DNA of 62,027 nt from Nemertoderma westbladi. Lineage: Eukaryota; Animalia; Xenacoelomorpha. Numbering within the stretch: the first letter of the stretch is position 1; each line of letters begins with the position of its first letter. The translations under genes and the position numbers were made by a program. Of the stretch, positions 12,087-24,909 are shown piece by piece. The notes under the pieces are model-generated. The model saw nothing but the letters and a program-made list of their open reading frames with translations, had not been told where the DNA came from and made no database searches. Location: assembly GCA_032718475.1 (NCBI GenBank), contig JAUCBJ010007974.1:1-62027 (forward strand), in the 5' to 3' direction.

Positions 12087-13449
12087 CAGCCCTCCCAGCC
12101 AAAAAAAAATCGAGAAAAAAAAGGAAAAAAGGATTTTATATTTTCAAAAAAAAAAGGAAAAAAAGGATAGGATACAGTTCAAAAAATGGAAAAACTGAAT
12201 AGATATTATCTTTACAAAAGTAATAATAAACATTATGTCTTTAGTGCTGTTTCTTGATTCTATTTCATTAACTTTACTGTTTATACTATGAAGAATCCCA
12301 TTAAGAAACGACACTGTTTTAAATGACAGGAAGATATCAAAGAAAGTTAAAAAATATAAACACGTAGGAAAGAGAACAAAGATCAATGGCAATATAGTTA
12401 ATATTAATTATAGTTAATACATTAATATTATTATACAGATATTTTCACCTTTTTTGCCTAGTTATCAGAGATGGTCGAGTTCCGCCGATTGATGGTCATT
12501 GATAGAGGTTTATCAAACGATTGTAAATATTACTTTAGTTTGAAAGTGATATAAAAACTTTGGAACGGATTTCCGGTCGCGGCTACATTTATTTAAATAA
12601 CAAAAATGCTTTTAGACGCAATCAAAATTCAACCATCTCCAGGGGAAAACAGAAGCAACTATCAGCTGATAACGAGCAAAAATGAAACTGTAACAGTGTT
12701 ATAGGCTTTCTTTTATTGTTTTGGTTAGAATTGACTGCCACTGCAACCTGTTCCTTTCCCTAAATTGAAAATCATCATTGTTCATTCACAAAGGCGGGTT
12801 TTGCGTCAATTATAATAAATCACACGCTAAAAATGTAGCTGTGGAGAGAACTTTAATATACATATTTTCTGAGACAGAGACAGCCTCTGTCTCAGAAATA
12901 AATATATTAAAGTTCTCTCCACAGCTACATTTTTATGGTACTGTAGCTTAGCTTGTGATTTTTTGTCAATAAAATATATAATCAAAATAATCGGCATATG
13001 CCCGTCAATCTCTGTTATAACCTTGTCAATATCAGCAGCAAGCTGAAATTTCAGCTTATCTGCCAATGATTGCTGGGATCTAATGGTTTCCATTGGTACT
13101 GGTACCGTTAAGTATGATTGCAGATAACAGGAAAATCACTTGTCCCCTACATTGTTACTGTATATTAGTTTAGTACTAAGTCAAGGACTACTATACTGAT
13201 AGTAAGACAGTGGTACAGTACCGGTAATTGATTAGACTGCAAGGCCTGTCCAGCTGTCTCCGCGATGCCTTGTACTGAATAGAATATGTTACACTTACAG
13301 CAGGCTATTTTCTGAACTAAAAAAGGAAAAAAAGGTGTGAAAATGGACAAAAAAAAGGAAAAAAGGAAACATTCTAAAAAAAAAGAAAAAAGGAAACGTT
13401 CTAAAAAAAAAAGGAAAAAAAAGGAAAAAAGGAAACTCTGGGAGGCCTG
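12087..13449. mobile_element. nested TIR element with A-rich subterminal repeats and 3-bp TSD (CGA)
   Basis: cagccctcccag ... ctgggaggcctg (11/12 inverted match). It splits the host TIR taacga|...|cgacactat. aaaaaagg repeats lie near both ends. Confidence 0.7.
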
Positions 13450-13529
13450 CGACACTATATTCCAGGACATGCTGTATTTCGTATGTCGCCAAGAGCGACA
13501 TAATAACTTTGTAAGTGAAGGATATTCTC

Positions 13530-13627
13530 GAGGACCGGCCTTCACTAGCACCACTTGGAAGGGATCGAGGACCGGCCTTCACTAGCACCACTTGGAAGGG
13601 ACCTCCTCGAGAACCGGCCTTCACTAG
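13530..13627 (+). repeat. 37-bp tandem duplication (~2.5 copies) inside the LINE relic
   Basis: gaggaccggccttcactagcaccacttggaagggatc repeated. Confidence 0.85.
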
Positions 13628-14136
13628 ACACTGGACCTCTCCAGACAAACCGACATGTCATCACCCAGGCCATGGATCATAGGATTCACCACTTGATTTG
13701 TAACAATAATACCCCTTTCCAACCGCGAACCGCTACCTGTGCCTGTCTATGTCTTCTGTCTGGAGACTTCTGAGGAGAAATATCACGCTCTGAACTGCCG
13801 AAAGTGCCCTTCGATGACCGACCTAGCTATAGTGACACGCCGCTAGTTATTCATTTAATTAATATAGTTCTTTTTATAGTTATCTTTATTAATCTTAGTT
13901 TACTGCAATTTTTAGAGCCTAAGAAATAAAATCGATTACCCCGCATGGGGTGTATTTATTTATCTTCTTAAAAAAAAAGTGGGAGGGTTCACCCACACTT
14001 TGAAGTACACAATATTACAAAAATTATCCATAGTTTTCGTATTGGATACTTTCATTAAAATCCACCTGGATAAAATGTGCACTATCGTATCGGGGTCTTC
14101 TTGTTCGGTGATATATTTCCATTTTTGACGGATATA

Positions 14137-16596
14137 CGGGTATTACGTTACGTTACGGTTGAAAAACTTAATTTTTTACGTTACGATATTAGCTTACGGA
14201 ATAATTTCCAAATTACGTTACGTTACTGAATTCCGAAAAAAATAATTGCGTATTACCGAAAATACCGTAACGTAATAACTTTAAATTGTTAGAACGGCTT
14301 GGCTTGTGTTGTAATAGGTTGTCATAATAAGACGTACAGGTAGCGGTGTCCCTGTAGGTAGGCCTACCATCTTGAATTGACGCTTGGGATTGGTTAATGA
14401 GCTATATTTTGATTGGACGTTGAAATCATGTAAGGAATGGGGAGATGGGGTCGAACTAGTGTAAGGAGTTTATACTCAGTTAGCAGGTAGAAAGTGTTCC
14501 AAACGCTGTAAGGAATGGAGAAATTGGGTGAAATCATGTAAGGATTATCTGCCTATTAAACGGTTCATTGTCAGATATCAGTACAAATATATATACGAAT
14601 AACAATATACAGTATATATATTCAGTGATAACGTTGTATAAGGAATCGTTTTACAGATCATTCTCCTTGATTTTTCTGATTTTAGTAGAGTAGGAAGATT
14701 GTAGTAATAGAGTAGTTAGTTTTATTGATAGTATTTACTATTGAAATTTATTCATTTGATGTTCATATTTAAAACATTTCACAATTTGTAAACATACATA
14801 TTCCAATGAAATAAACTCTTAATTTTTCAAATGTCCTTTAACATTTGTTCGATTTGCATTTATGTTTATCGACGACAGGTTTCTATGGCGCTTTTTAGCG
14901 CGTTAAGACATATCAAGTACCAATACCATCAGGTCGGCCAGCAGGCATCTGTTTACTTCCTGTTGTAAGAGCTACTCGTCGGCGCGCTAGTGCAGTTGGC
15001 TGCACACGAATAGTAAATAGACTATCCTAAGCAAACCTACAGTCTAACAGTTGAACTCTGTGAAAAAAAGGAATGTATCCCTAGACCCTAGTAATCAATG
15101 TTCCAATTGTTTCAGCACTAGCAAACCAGGCGCGCCTGGGAGCCAACTAACAACGTAATAATGTGTTCACAATAAATTATTAAAAAGGCAATTTTTCAAG
15201 CGCTCAACTGCACATGTACACTACTATATAACTAAAAAGTCATTCAGGAGGCCAGATTTCTCAGGAACTTACTGTAATAGACATTCAATTTCATTGAATC
15301 CAGGGCAAGAGTTTGTGTTGTATTCTGTGACAGGAGATATCAGCTGGGTAAAATGTTATTTGTGAGAGAGATCCCACTCTATAACTTGGCAATCGCTCAA
15401 ATACATTCAGCTGAATGGCACAGTAGATAATTGATTCTGGGTTACAACTAATAAGCAATCAATGACAAATTCTCGTTGATTTGCACACCGACGTCTAATA
15501 ATTGGATGAAGTGTGTTAGAGAGCAATGGATATTGAGCTCAACATGTTAAGATCTTACATATCCTTATTTATCTCGAGAATTAATTAATTAATTAACTTG
15601 TAACTTTCCTATTCCATGGCCGATACACATATAAACCACCATACAAAAAAGTATTGTAGCGATTCACCGGAGCGTTTAGGCGGAGATAGATCTACGACAA
15701 ACATACAACATTGACAATCTATTTGTATTATAGATACTAGAGCAACCCTGTATAAACCATAACAACAATGCTATTAAAGGCCTACTGACTAGCTAATGCC
15801 ACCTGTTGCTGCTTGCATACTCTTCTAATACTGTTGGTATAATAACCCTTACATGATTTAACCCATTTTCTCAATTTCTTACAGCGTTTGGAACACTTTG
15901 TCTCTACCTGCTATCTACAGTAAGTGAAATAAAACCCTTACACTAGTTCGACCCCTATCTCCATTCCTTACATGATTTCAACGGCCAATCAAATAATAGT
16001 TTATTAACCAATCCCAAGCACCAATTCATGATGTGTTCCTACTGGTGTAAGGATTGGGAATACGCATCCGGAGGTTTTTATGAAATGAATATACCATTAC
16101 AGCATACTGCGCTGTTATAGGCTACAGCTAGGATAGCAAAGACTCAGTATAAATAGTTCAGTCAGTAGCCCTAGTTAGCCTAACATTAATTAAAAATTAA
16201 TGTTTAACCAAAACTTAATTTAACTATTAATTAATTATTAATTAAAACTTCATCATAAATAACTGGAGAAGCCAGGAAGCTGGCTATAAGGATACCGTAT
16301 ACAGACAAACAAAACCTATTAAAGCATTTAGCTTTATATTGAATAGCTAGAACGTGCAAGTGAAAGTGAAAGTTTTTTGTCGAAAGATTAACCAAAATAG
16401 CCAAAGATTGTCCAAAATGATTGCTTGGTAGCTAAAACAAATATTACGCTATTACGTTACGGTTTACGGTAAAAATATACAGTAAAATTAGATTACGGTA
16501 TTGAAAAAGCTATTACGTTACGGTTTACGTTACGGAAAAATATTGAGCTACGGTATTCCTGAAAATATACCGTAACGTAACGTAATAACATCCTTG
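14137..16596. mobile_element. non-autonomous hAT-like TIR element with TTACG subterminal repeats
   Basis: tattacgttacgttacggt (14141) is inverted to accgtaacgtaacgtaata (about 16569). Dense ttacg repeats occur in both end regions, and the right end is ...acatccttg. No TSD resolved. Confidence 0.6.
14368..16033. repeat. internal ~180-bp inverted repeat pair (inner arms or a nested element)
   Basis: 14368-14547 (gcttgggattggttaat...gaaatcatgtaaggaatgg...gtcgaactagtgtaagg) is the inverse of 15843-16033. Confidence 0.7.
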
Positions 16597-16858
16597 ACTA
16601 TTTGTATCATAAGAATAAAATAGAAATAATATCGTGTATACCAATAAATATATAATATAAATAGAGTTATTAAAACCACTTAAAATAATTTGATTAAATA
16701 CACAACCATTTACTATAACTACAAAACAATTATTACATTACAAAAATTTAAAGCACAAGATATTAGCAAAATTTAAAGCACAAGTTATAAACAAGCAAAA
16801 CAATAAAGCAAACAGTCGGCCGAGGCCGGAGGCGACCCGAAGGCTCCTCTATCGATAG

Positions 16859-19800
16859 CTGCTACCCGAAGGTAGGGGTGGGCGCTACTCATATCTGCTA
16901 CATGAAGGTAGGGGTGGGCGCTACTCCTATCTGCTACCCGAAGGTAGGGGTGGGCGCTACTCCTATCTGCTACACGAAGGTAGGGGTGGGCGCTACTCCT
17001 ACCTGCTACACGAAGGTAGGGGTGGGCGATACTCCTATCTGCTACACGAAGGTAGGGGTGGGCGCTACTCCTATCTGCTACACAAAGGTAGCGGTGGGCG
17101 CTACTCCTATCTGCTACCCTAAGGTAGGGGTGGGCGCTACTCCTATCTGCCACCCGAGGGTAGGGGTGGGCGCTACTCCTATCTGCTACCCGAGGGTAGG
17201 GATGGGCGCTACTCCTATCTGCTACCCGAGGGTAGGGGTGGGCGCTACTCCTATCTGCTACCCGAGGGTAGTGGTGGGCGCTACTCCTATCTGCTCCCGA
17301 AGGTAGGGGTGGGCGGTACTCCTGTCTGCTACCCGAAGGTAGGGGTGGGCGCTACTCCTATCTGCTACCCTAAGGTAGGGGTGGGCGCTACTCCTATCTG
17401 CTACCCTAAGGTAGGGATGGGCGCTACTCCTATCTGCTACCCGAGGGTAGGGGTGGGCGCTACTCCTATCTGCTACCCGAGGGTAGGGGTGGGCGCTACT
17501 CCTATCTGCTACCCGAAGGTAGGGGTGGGCGCTACTCCTGTCTGCTACCCGAAGGTAGGGGTGGGCGCTACTCCTATCTGCTACCCGAGGGTAGGGGTGG
17601 GCGCTACTCCTATCTGCTACACGAAGGTAGGGGTGGGCGAAACTCCTATCCGCTCCCGAAGGTAGGGGTGGGCGCTACTCCTATCTGCTACACGAAGGTA
17701 TGGGTGGGCGCTACTCCTATCTGCTACCCGAGGGTAGGGGTGGGCGCTACTCCTATCTGCTACACGAAGGTAGGGGTGGGCGAAACTCCTATCCGCTCCC
17801 GAAGGTAGGGGTGGGCGCTACTCCTATCTGCTACACGAAGGTAGGGGTGGGCGCTACTCCTATCTGCTACCCGAAGGTAGGGGTGGGCGCTACTCCTATC
17901 TGCTACCCGAAGGTAGGGGTTGGCGCTACTCCTATCTGCTACCCGAGGGTAGGGGTGGGCGCTACTCCTATCTGTTACCCGAAGGTAGGGGTGGGCGCTA
18001 CTCCTATCTGCTACACGAAGGTAGGGGTGGGCGCTACTCCTATCTGCTACCCGAGGGTAGGTGTGGGCGCTACTCCTATCTGCTACCCGAGGGTAGGGGT
18101 GGGCGCTACTCTATCTGCTCCCGAAGGTAGGGGTGGGCGGTACTCCTGTCTGCTACCCGAAGGTAGGGGTGGGCGCTACTCCTATCTGCTACCCTAAGGT
18201 AGGGGTGGGCGCTACTCCTATCTGCTACCCTAAGGTAGGGGTGGGCGCTACTCCTATCTGCTACACGAAGGTAGGGGTGGGCGCTACTCCTATCTGCTCC
18301 CGAAGGTAGGGGTGGGCGCTACTCCTATCTGCTACACGAAGGTAGGGGTGGGCGCTACTCCTATCTGCTACCCGAAGGTAGGGGTGGGCGCTACTCCTAT
18401 CTGCTACCCGAAGGTAGGGGTGGGCGCTACTCCTATCTGCTACCCTAAGGTAGGGGTGGGCGCTACTCCTATCTGCTACCCGAAGGTAGGGGTGGGCGCT
18501 ACTCCTATCTGCTACACGAAGGTAGGGGTGGGCGCTACTCCTATCTGCTACCCGAAGGTAGGGGTGGGCGCTACTCCTATCTGCTACCCGAAGGTAGGGG
18601 TGGGCGCTACTCCTATCTGCTACCCTAAGGTAGGGGTGGGCGCTACTCCTATCTGCTACCCGAAGGTAGGGGTGGGCGCTACTCCTATCTGCTACCCGAA
18701 GGTAGGGGTGGGCGCTACTCCTATCTGCTACACGAAGGTAGGGGTGGGCGCTACTCCTATCTGCTACCCGAAGGTAGGGGTGGGCGCTACTCCTATCTGC
18801 TACACGAAGGTAGGGGTGGGCGCTACTCCTATCTGCTACACGAAGGTAGGGGTGGGCGCTACTCCTATCTGCTACACGAAGGTAGGGGTGGGCGCTACTC
18901 CTATCTGCTACCCGAAGGTAGGGGTGGGCGCTACTCCTATCTGCTACACGAAGGTAGGGGTGGGCGCTACTCCTATCTGCTACACGAAGGTAGGGGTGGG
19001 CGCTACTCCTATCTGCTACACGAAGGTAGGGGTGGGCGCTACTCCTATCTGCTACCCGAAGGTAGGGGTGGGCGCTACTCCTATCTGCTACACGAAGGTA
19101 GGGGTGGGCGCTACTCCTATCTGCTACACGAAGGTAGGGGTGGGCGCTACTCCTATCTGCTACCCGAAGGTAGGGGTGGGCGCTACTCCTATCTGCTACA
19201 CGAAGGTAGGGGTGGGCGCTACTCCTATCTGCTACACGAAGGTAGGGGTGGGCGCTACTCCTATCTGCTACACGAAGGTAGGGGTGGGCGCTACTCCTAT
19301 CTGCTACCCGAAGGTAGGGGTGGGCGCTACTCCTATCTGCTACACGAAGGTAGGGGTGGGCGCTACTCCTATCTGCTACCCGAAGGTAGGGGTGGGCGCT
19401 ACTCCTATCTGCTACACGAAGGTAGGGGTGGGCGCTACTCCTATCTGCTACCCGAAGGTAGGGGTGGGCGCTACTCCTATCTGCTACACGAAGGTAGGGG
19501 TGGGCGCTACTCCTATCTGCTACACGAAGGTAGGGGTGGGCGCTACTCCTATCTGCTACCCGAGGGTAGGGGTGGGCGCTACTCCTATCTGCTACCCGAA
19601 GGTAGGGGTGGGCGCTACTCCTATCTGCTACACGAAGGTAGGGGTGGGCGCTACTCCTATCTGCTACACGAAGGTAGGGGTGGGCGCTACTCCTATCTGC
19701 TACACGAAGGTAGGGGTGGGCGCTACTCCTATCTGCTACCCGAAGGTAGGGGTGGGCGCTACTCCTATCTGCTACACGAAGGTAGGGGTGGGCGCTACTC

Positions 19801-20093
19801 CTATCTGCTACCCGAAGGTAGGGGTGAGCGCTACTCCTATCTGCTACACGAAGGTAGGGGTGGGCGCTACTCCTATCTGCTACCCGAAGGTAGGGGTGAG
19901 CGCTACTCCTATCTGCTACACGAAGGTAGGGGTGAGCGCTACTCCTATCTGCTACACGAAGGTAGGGGTGGGCGCTACTCCTATCTGCTACCCGAGGGTA
20001 GTGGTGGGCGCTACTCCTATCTGCTACACGAAGGTAGGGGTGAGCGCTACTCCTATCTGCTACACGAAGGTAGGGGTGGGCGCTACTCCTATC
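16859..20093 (+). repeat. 36-bp GC-rich minisatellite, ~90 copies
   Basis: Unit CTGCTAC(C/A)CGAAGGTAGGGGTGGGCGCTACTCCTAT, head to tail. A few 35-bp variants occur in the 5' half. Confidence 0.98.
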
Positions 20094-20787
20094 CCTTCGA
20101 CTGTTCCTCATTTTATCGACGCCAGTAATTGGATGATAAATTTTTAATTATTTAATTAAAGGAGGAAAATGTCACTACTGTTTTTTTTTTAATTTTGAAG
20201 GAACTTTCACGTTCTTCTTTTGGGGTGTTTTTGGCAAGGGGGTGTGGCGAATTTGCAAAAATTACTAAACAATATGTTTGCAATTTTTGTAACTCAGGTA
20301 TTACTTTAAATATATGTATTTCCCTTAAAGATTATGTAACTACGATAAAATTTCGTGCATAAAAACAATAAAAAAATAGTTTATCTAATAGGTAAGAAAG
20401 GCCTCCTATGTCGTGTCAAGCTCTGTATTCCCTTCCACTGTCATTGTTTTATGATAAATAAATATCCGCTAGCTCATGTGAAGTATACCAGACTTTCTGC
20501 TGAATATTTCACTTTGCAGTTTACTAACATGTAAATGTAAAGAATACCAGTTTTACACTAAAAACTCAGGTTACAGAATCTAACCAAAACAGTAAAAGAA
20601 TTAGTAAATGTAGAGGTTATAAGATTCTACTTTATGATAAAAAACGATAATTAACAGCACCAAATATTAAGCAAAAAGCAAACCTTTTTATACATTGACA
20701 TTTTTGATTATAGGAACTGTTTTAGGGGTCTTAACCTCGAATGATAAGTTTATTTGTTGTGGAACCCGTTGGGTCGAAGGAATGGGG

Positions 20788-22029
20788 TTAGGGAGTGGGG
20801 AGGCTGGACGATGGGTGTGGGGCATCTGGTCTGGAGATGCTGGAGGTTCGGTGTGGGGGATCCGGTCTGGGGAGGCTGGAGATGGGGTCGGGACTGCGGA
20901 GGCTGGAGCTGGGATGTGGGCAACTCCCGTGGGTGCCAGCCTCTTCTTGGATCGTGTCTTTGAGCGGAACTGGCATCCAATTCGCCATCTTATCAAAAGT
21001 AATTTCTTCATAGTCGCTATTCCCAATTTTTTGTAAGATACTCCAACTAAACTCGTCAATCTCTAACAACTCGAGTTTAGTTTTTTTTCTACAGACCGGA
21101 CAGCGCCATGCTTCGCGCTCAACGTTTAGTTGCAGGTAGGACTCGAGATCGAAACATTGTATGTGTCGACATTCGGATCCGCGTGCCGGTATTACGATAC
21201 GCCGTGAAGTTATCGGACATTTTAACGAAACGTAGATGGTAGTTTGTTCGATGGCGGCTTCGAGATCGGAGGAGGTGCTGAAAATAGACGATGTAAAATT
21301 GCGTTTAATAACGTTGATCGCCTGATCCAAGGGGCGGATTCGGTAACGGATGAAGTGATGCAGCATGAAGGCCACCGTCTTACGGTGCACTAACTGGAGG
21401 AAGAAGAGATGACTGCAGCAGCACTCCGTCACCATGATCTGGATGGTGTTCCTACCAGGACAACAGAGTGCTTTGAGGTAGAGCGGTTTGTCGCTGGTTT
21501 TATTTGCGCCGCATTTGATGTTAACCGGTGTCGCATTCACAGAAACTTGGACGCAAGAAGGCCAATTTGTATTCATTAGATTACGATCATCCTCATCCCC
21601 ATCCTTATCCTCATCGTGATAGCAATTAAACTGAACGTCGATGTCGGTTCGTGACATTATATCATCGTAAACGGATTGTTTGAGTCGGAAAGGGTGGTTA
21701 CTAACTGAGATTTGGTGTAACAACCTGAAGGGGTATAAGATAACCCCGTCCTTCATAGGAAAATGCAACTGACCATCCAACCGCTGGCCACCACTGCCCA
21801 TCGGTCCCATGTTGCTGCGATTCTCCTCGTTATACGTCATCGCTTGCTTCTCGAGGCGCTGTTTCTCCTGCATATAGGCTGCCGCCATCGTTGAATCAGT
21901 GGCGGTGGCTGTTGCCTCTGCCAATGTTGCAACTACCGCTAGTATGGATTCATAGACTCCTCCGGGTTCCGCCACACCCCCCTGCTGCTCCTCCATAGGG
22001 TTTCCTTCCATGTGGGATTGCAAGTTCAT
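20788..22029 (-). CDS. ZMIZ1: ZMIZ1/2-like SP-RING (MIZ) zinc-finger protein, intronless and divergent (probable retrocopy)
   Basis: [92 protein letters not shown]. The first ATG is at 22029; the ORF track starts at a TTG at 22164. It lacks the long ZMIZ N-terminus. Confidence 0.82.
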   Translation of the reverse strand: MNLQSHMEGNPMEEQQGGVAEPGGVYESILAVVATLAEATATATDSTMAAAYMQEKQRLEKQAMTYNEENRSNMGPMGSGGQRLDGQLHFPMKDGVILYPFRLLHQISVSNHPFRLKQSVYDDIMSRTDIDVQFNCYHDEDKDGDEDDRNLMNTNWPSCVQVSVNATPVNIKCGANKTSDKPLYLKALCCPGRNTIQIMVTECCCSHLFFLQLVHRKTVAFMLHHFIRYRIRPLDQAINVIKRNFTSSIFSTSSDLEAAIEQTTIYVSLKCPITSRRIVIPARGSECRHIQCFDLESYLQLNVEREAWRCPVCRKKTKLELLEIDEFSWSILQKIGNSDYEEITFDKMANWMPVPLKDTIQEEAGTHGSCPHPSSSLRSPDPISSLPRPDPPHRTSSISRPDAPHPSSSLPTP

Positions 22030-22266
22030 TGTCGCGTTTGTATCCAATCCAATTGAAATTGGCCTACCGGTGTACCGGTACTGGCTACTGACCAAATGAA
22101 ATTCTTCAGGAGTATTGATCACCGCACAGAGAGAACGTTGGTCAAGAAAGGTGAAAGGTAGCAAATTTCAGCATTTCTAGATACACGCCAAACCAAATTG
22201 ATTTAGTGGTATAAATAATATAGAATAAATTTAATTATATATCAAATCAATAGCCTATGGCAGTAT

Positions 22267-24015
22267 GGGGCCGTCCAAGTATGACGTCAGCACTTTAGGG
22301 GGGGGGGGGGGGGGTTGGGAAAATCTGATGACGTGCTGATGAGGGGAGGGGAGGGGGTCAGCCAAAATCTGACGTCAGCATGTTCATTTATAGGTGCTAG
22401 AGGTGGTATATAGCAGTAGAGTATAACTGGAGCTTAGGTCGTGGCTTTTCCAGTTAACATTATTCCATTTTGTATAAAAAAAGTTATGTGGTTGGAGAAA
22501 GCTGCTACTATGCAGCAACCAATCACGTTAATCCTGTTTAACACAGAGTCAATGAGAATGGAATATTGCTAACATGAAAAAGTTCAGGTTACCATTATTC
22601 CATATCTCAGGATCTGTATTCATTACCATCACCCTCCTCCCGCGCCTCCTGTTGCAGCCTTGTCTGTTTCATTATACAAGTTATACCAGTCAGGCATCAG
22701 GCAGAACAGAAGGTACAGAAAATCAAATTATTAAGAATTGAAGCAACGGTAATAATAGCCAAAGCCAATACCGGTTCATAATACTATTAATACAGTAGTA
22801 GGTTTTGTTAATTCATAATTCAATACTCTGATACTTCAATAGCCTTTAAGGGCAGAAGGGGCCTTATTCTTTCTCATGGTAATTACATGGGAGCGGAGCA
22901 GTAATGAGACGATTAAAAAAGTAGTGGAATGCAATTTATGCGATAAGAAATAGGTACACAGCAACCTCTGCATTTATCGAGACACAAACAAAAAATTGAT
23001 AAAACGAGAACCGACAGCGAAACTAAACCATTTCCACGCTCCGCTCCAGCAATGTTCTTTTTGACTACTCTCGTGTCGGGAATGCTACAGACAGACCTTG
23101 CAGCCTTGGCTGCTTGGACCAATTGAATGGATACAGGGATAGGATGTAGCATTTGCACGGCTGCACGGGTGTAAACACTACGCCGACAGCCGGCAACCAC
23201 TGCCGACAACAGCAAAATATGAAAATGTAACCTGAGTTCGTAACTCTCGTTTATAGTTTTAGTTAGACTAACCTTCCACTGTAACCTGTTCATTTCCCCC
23301 AATTAATAAATAACATTAATTAGCTTTAATAATGGTTGTCGGCGTTAGTTGTCTGCGTTACGGGCTTACGGCGTAGAATTTACATACACCCCGTTTGAAC
23401 GAAATGGTTGGTCTGTTGGTAGGCTTAGCATAAAAGTTGTGTGAATAAAACGCAACACAAGATTCGGGGTGATGAACTGATACCAGTCCGGTATGTGAGA
23501 CCTGATAAACATTGAATATTGCTACGTCAGTACGTGGCAAGTATAAGTACAGTCTGTTTATTACTAAACCAGACTTAGACTTAACTATAAATATTTCATT
23601 TACAGTACATTATTGTGATTAAACTAATCCACTTATACTACGGTATTTTTTTATTTTTCTTGCATTTATTATGCCTGGTATTGTAGGCCTACTATATAAT
23701 ATTATATGGCTTATTCGATTACTAACTGACTACTGACTAACACTAGCAGCTTAATTACTGTAGCTGTGTAGTTTAATATCTGATTACTTTGGAATAATGG
23801 TAACCTCAACTTTTTGAAGTTAGCAATATTCCATTCTCATTGACTCTGTGTTAAACATGATTAACGTGATTGCAGGATTGGTTGCTGCTTAGTACTGTAG
23901 TAGCAGCCCCTAGCAGGTTTCGCCGTATCAACGCCTATCTGATGACATCTGATTTAGGGGAGGGAGGTGGTCAACATTTTGGGGAAAAGTGCAGACGTCA
24001 TACTTGGACGGCCCC
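22267..24015. mobile_element. PIF/Harbinger-like non-autonomous element
   Basis: Perfect 22-bp TIR ggggccgtccaagtatgacgtc with a 3-bp TAT duplication (22264-22266 and 24016-24018). A second inverted block pairs 22501-22573 with 23819-23908. Confidence 0.8.
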
Positions 24016-24909
24016 TATGTAATGTTGTGAACGGGGATAAATTATTGTAGGCCGGTGATTTAATTGATGTAATATATCTGTATACTGTATATATATAATA
24101 TAATATACCAGTAGGTCTACAAATATAGCACGTCATTACTACTGGTACCAAAAAGCAAAAACTAGGAATTAGGATAATAAAGATACGAATCTTTAGGGGA
24201 TTTTCTGTTCGGTGATTCAATTTCAATTCAATTTCAATCCGGGATAGGCCCGGTCCTTTAATTATTCCAAATGCGCAACCCGATAAATTTACAGATATTA
24301 CAATATGGAAGCACAATGGCAATTAAACCTGGTATAATCAACTATTTACAGATTTGTTGTATAGGTACTCGAACGGTCAACTGTAGCAATGCTAGTTTAG
24401 TGACCGTTTGAGTAAAATAAATATTATAACACAACATCGGGTTGGCAGTGGGGGGGGGGGGGGGGGGGGGGGCGAGTTGGGGGCTGGGTGGGTGGGGGGG
24501 GGACTCGATAGCATCAAATTTGTTAAAAAAAATTTAATTTTAATTGAACTTAATTTAATTTTTGAATGATATTGAAATATTAGCTAATGTATAGCGGGTG
24601 AACCTGCATTGACTTCCCTACAGGAGGAGTACGAGTCAGAATTGAAGCAAGAGAAAAAATCTTACGATGTAGTTAATACAGTAGTTCATATTAATTAGTA
24701 TAAAGTTAGGGAAATACGAGAAATGTATGATAATAAAATAATTCGTTGATTTCGTTTCCGAAGACAGTTTCCATTTTTTACCTAGGCCTACACTCTTCTT
24801 ACCTTACTCTGTACAGTAGTACTGGAGGTCTACACTAAATAATGCAATGTCCACTAATCTGTGATGACCTTGACCTGCTATGCTACAGTAGCTACATACA
24901 CATAGCTTA

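Larger units (their letters stand above)
9296..13474. mobile_element. non-autonomous Tc1/mariner-like foldback element with ~780-bp TIRs, carrying two nested insertions
   Basis: Termini TA|CAGCAT...ATGCTG|TA. The left arm 9296-10070 is the inverse of 10490-10810 + 11690-12086 + 13450-13474. No transposase ORF. Confidence 0.8.
7900..13860 (+). pseudogene. decayed non-LTR retrotransposon (LINE) RT ORF, interrupted by nested insertions
   Basis: RT motifs in shifting frames: LFNVCLEVGNIPVQW..YKGKGSQMDPGNYRGIAL, QYGFIPERST, AFVDFKKAFD, FTADDL, KTKVI, YEYL. The frame ...VLQEY resumes as FVCRQERH at about 13477 after the 9296-13474 insertion. It ends in a Cys/His cluster (CACLC..CLETSEEKYHALNC, about 13738-13800). 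Confidence 0.8.

Noticed and set aside
13165-13648. Lys-rich and Phe-rich ORFs
   Set aside because: They derive from the A-rich subterminal tract of a TIR element. Only the part after 13476 belongs to the LINE frame.
16859-20093. CRISPR array (36-bp palindromic repeat) or the 611/616-aa repeat ORFs
   Set aside because: Units are head to tail with no unique spacers, there are no cas genes and the context is eukaryotic. The ORFs arise because 36 is a multiple of 3 and the unit has stop-free frames.
22320-22345. Hammerhead ribozyme core (ctgatga)
   Set aside because: No flanking stems with GAAA; the motif is part of a TIR-adjacent tgacgt repeat.
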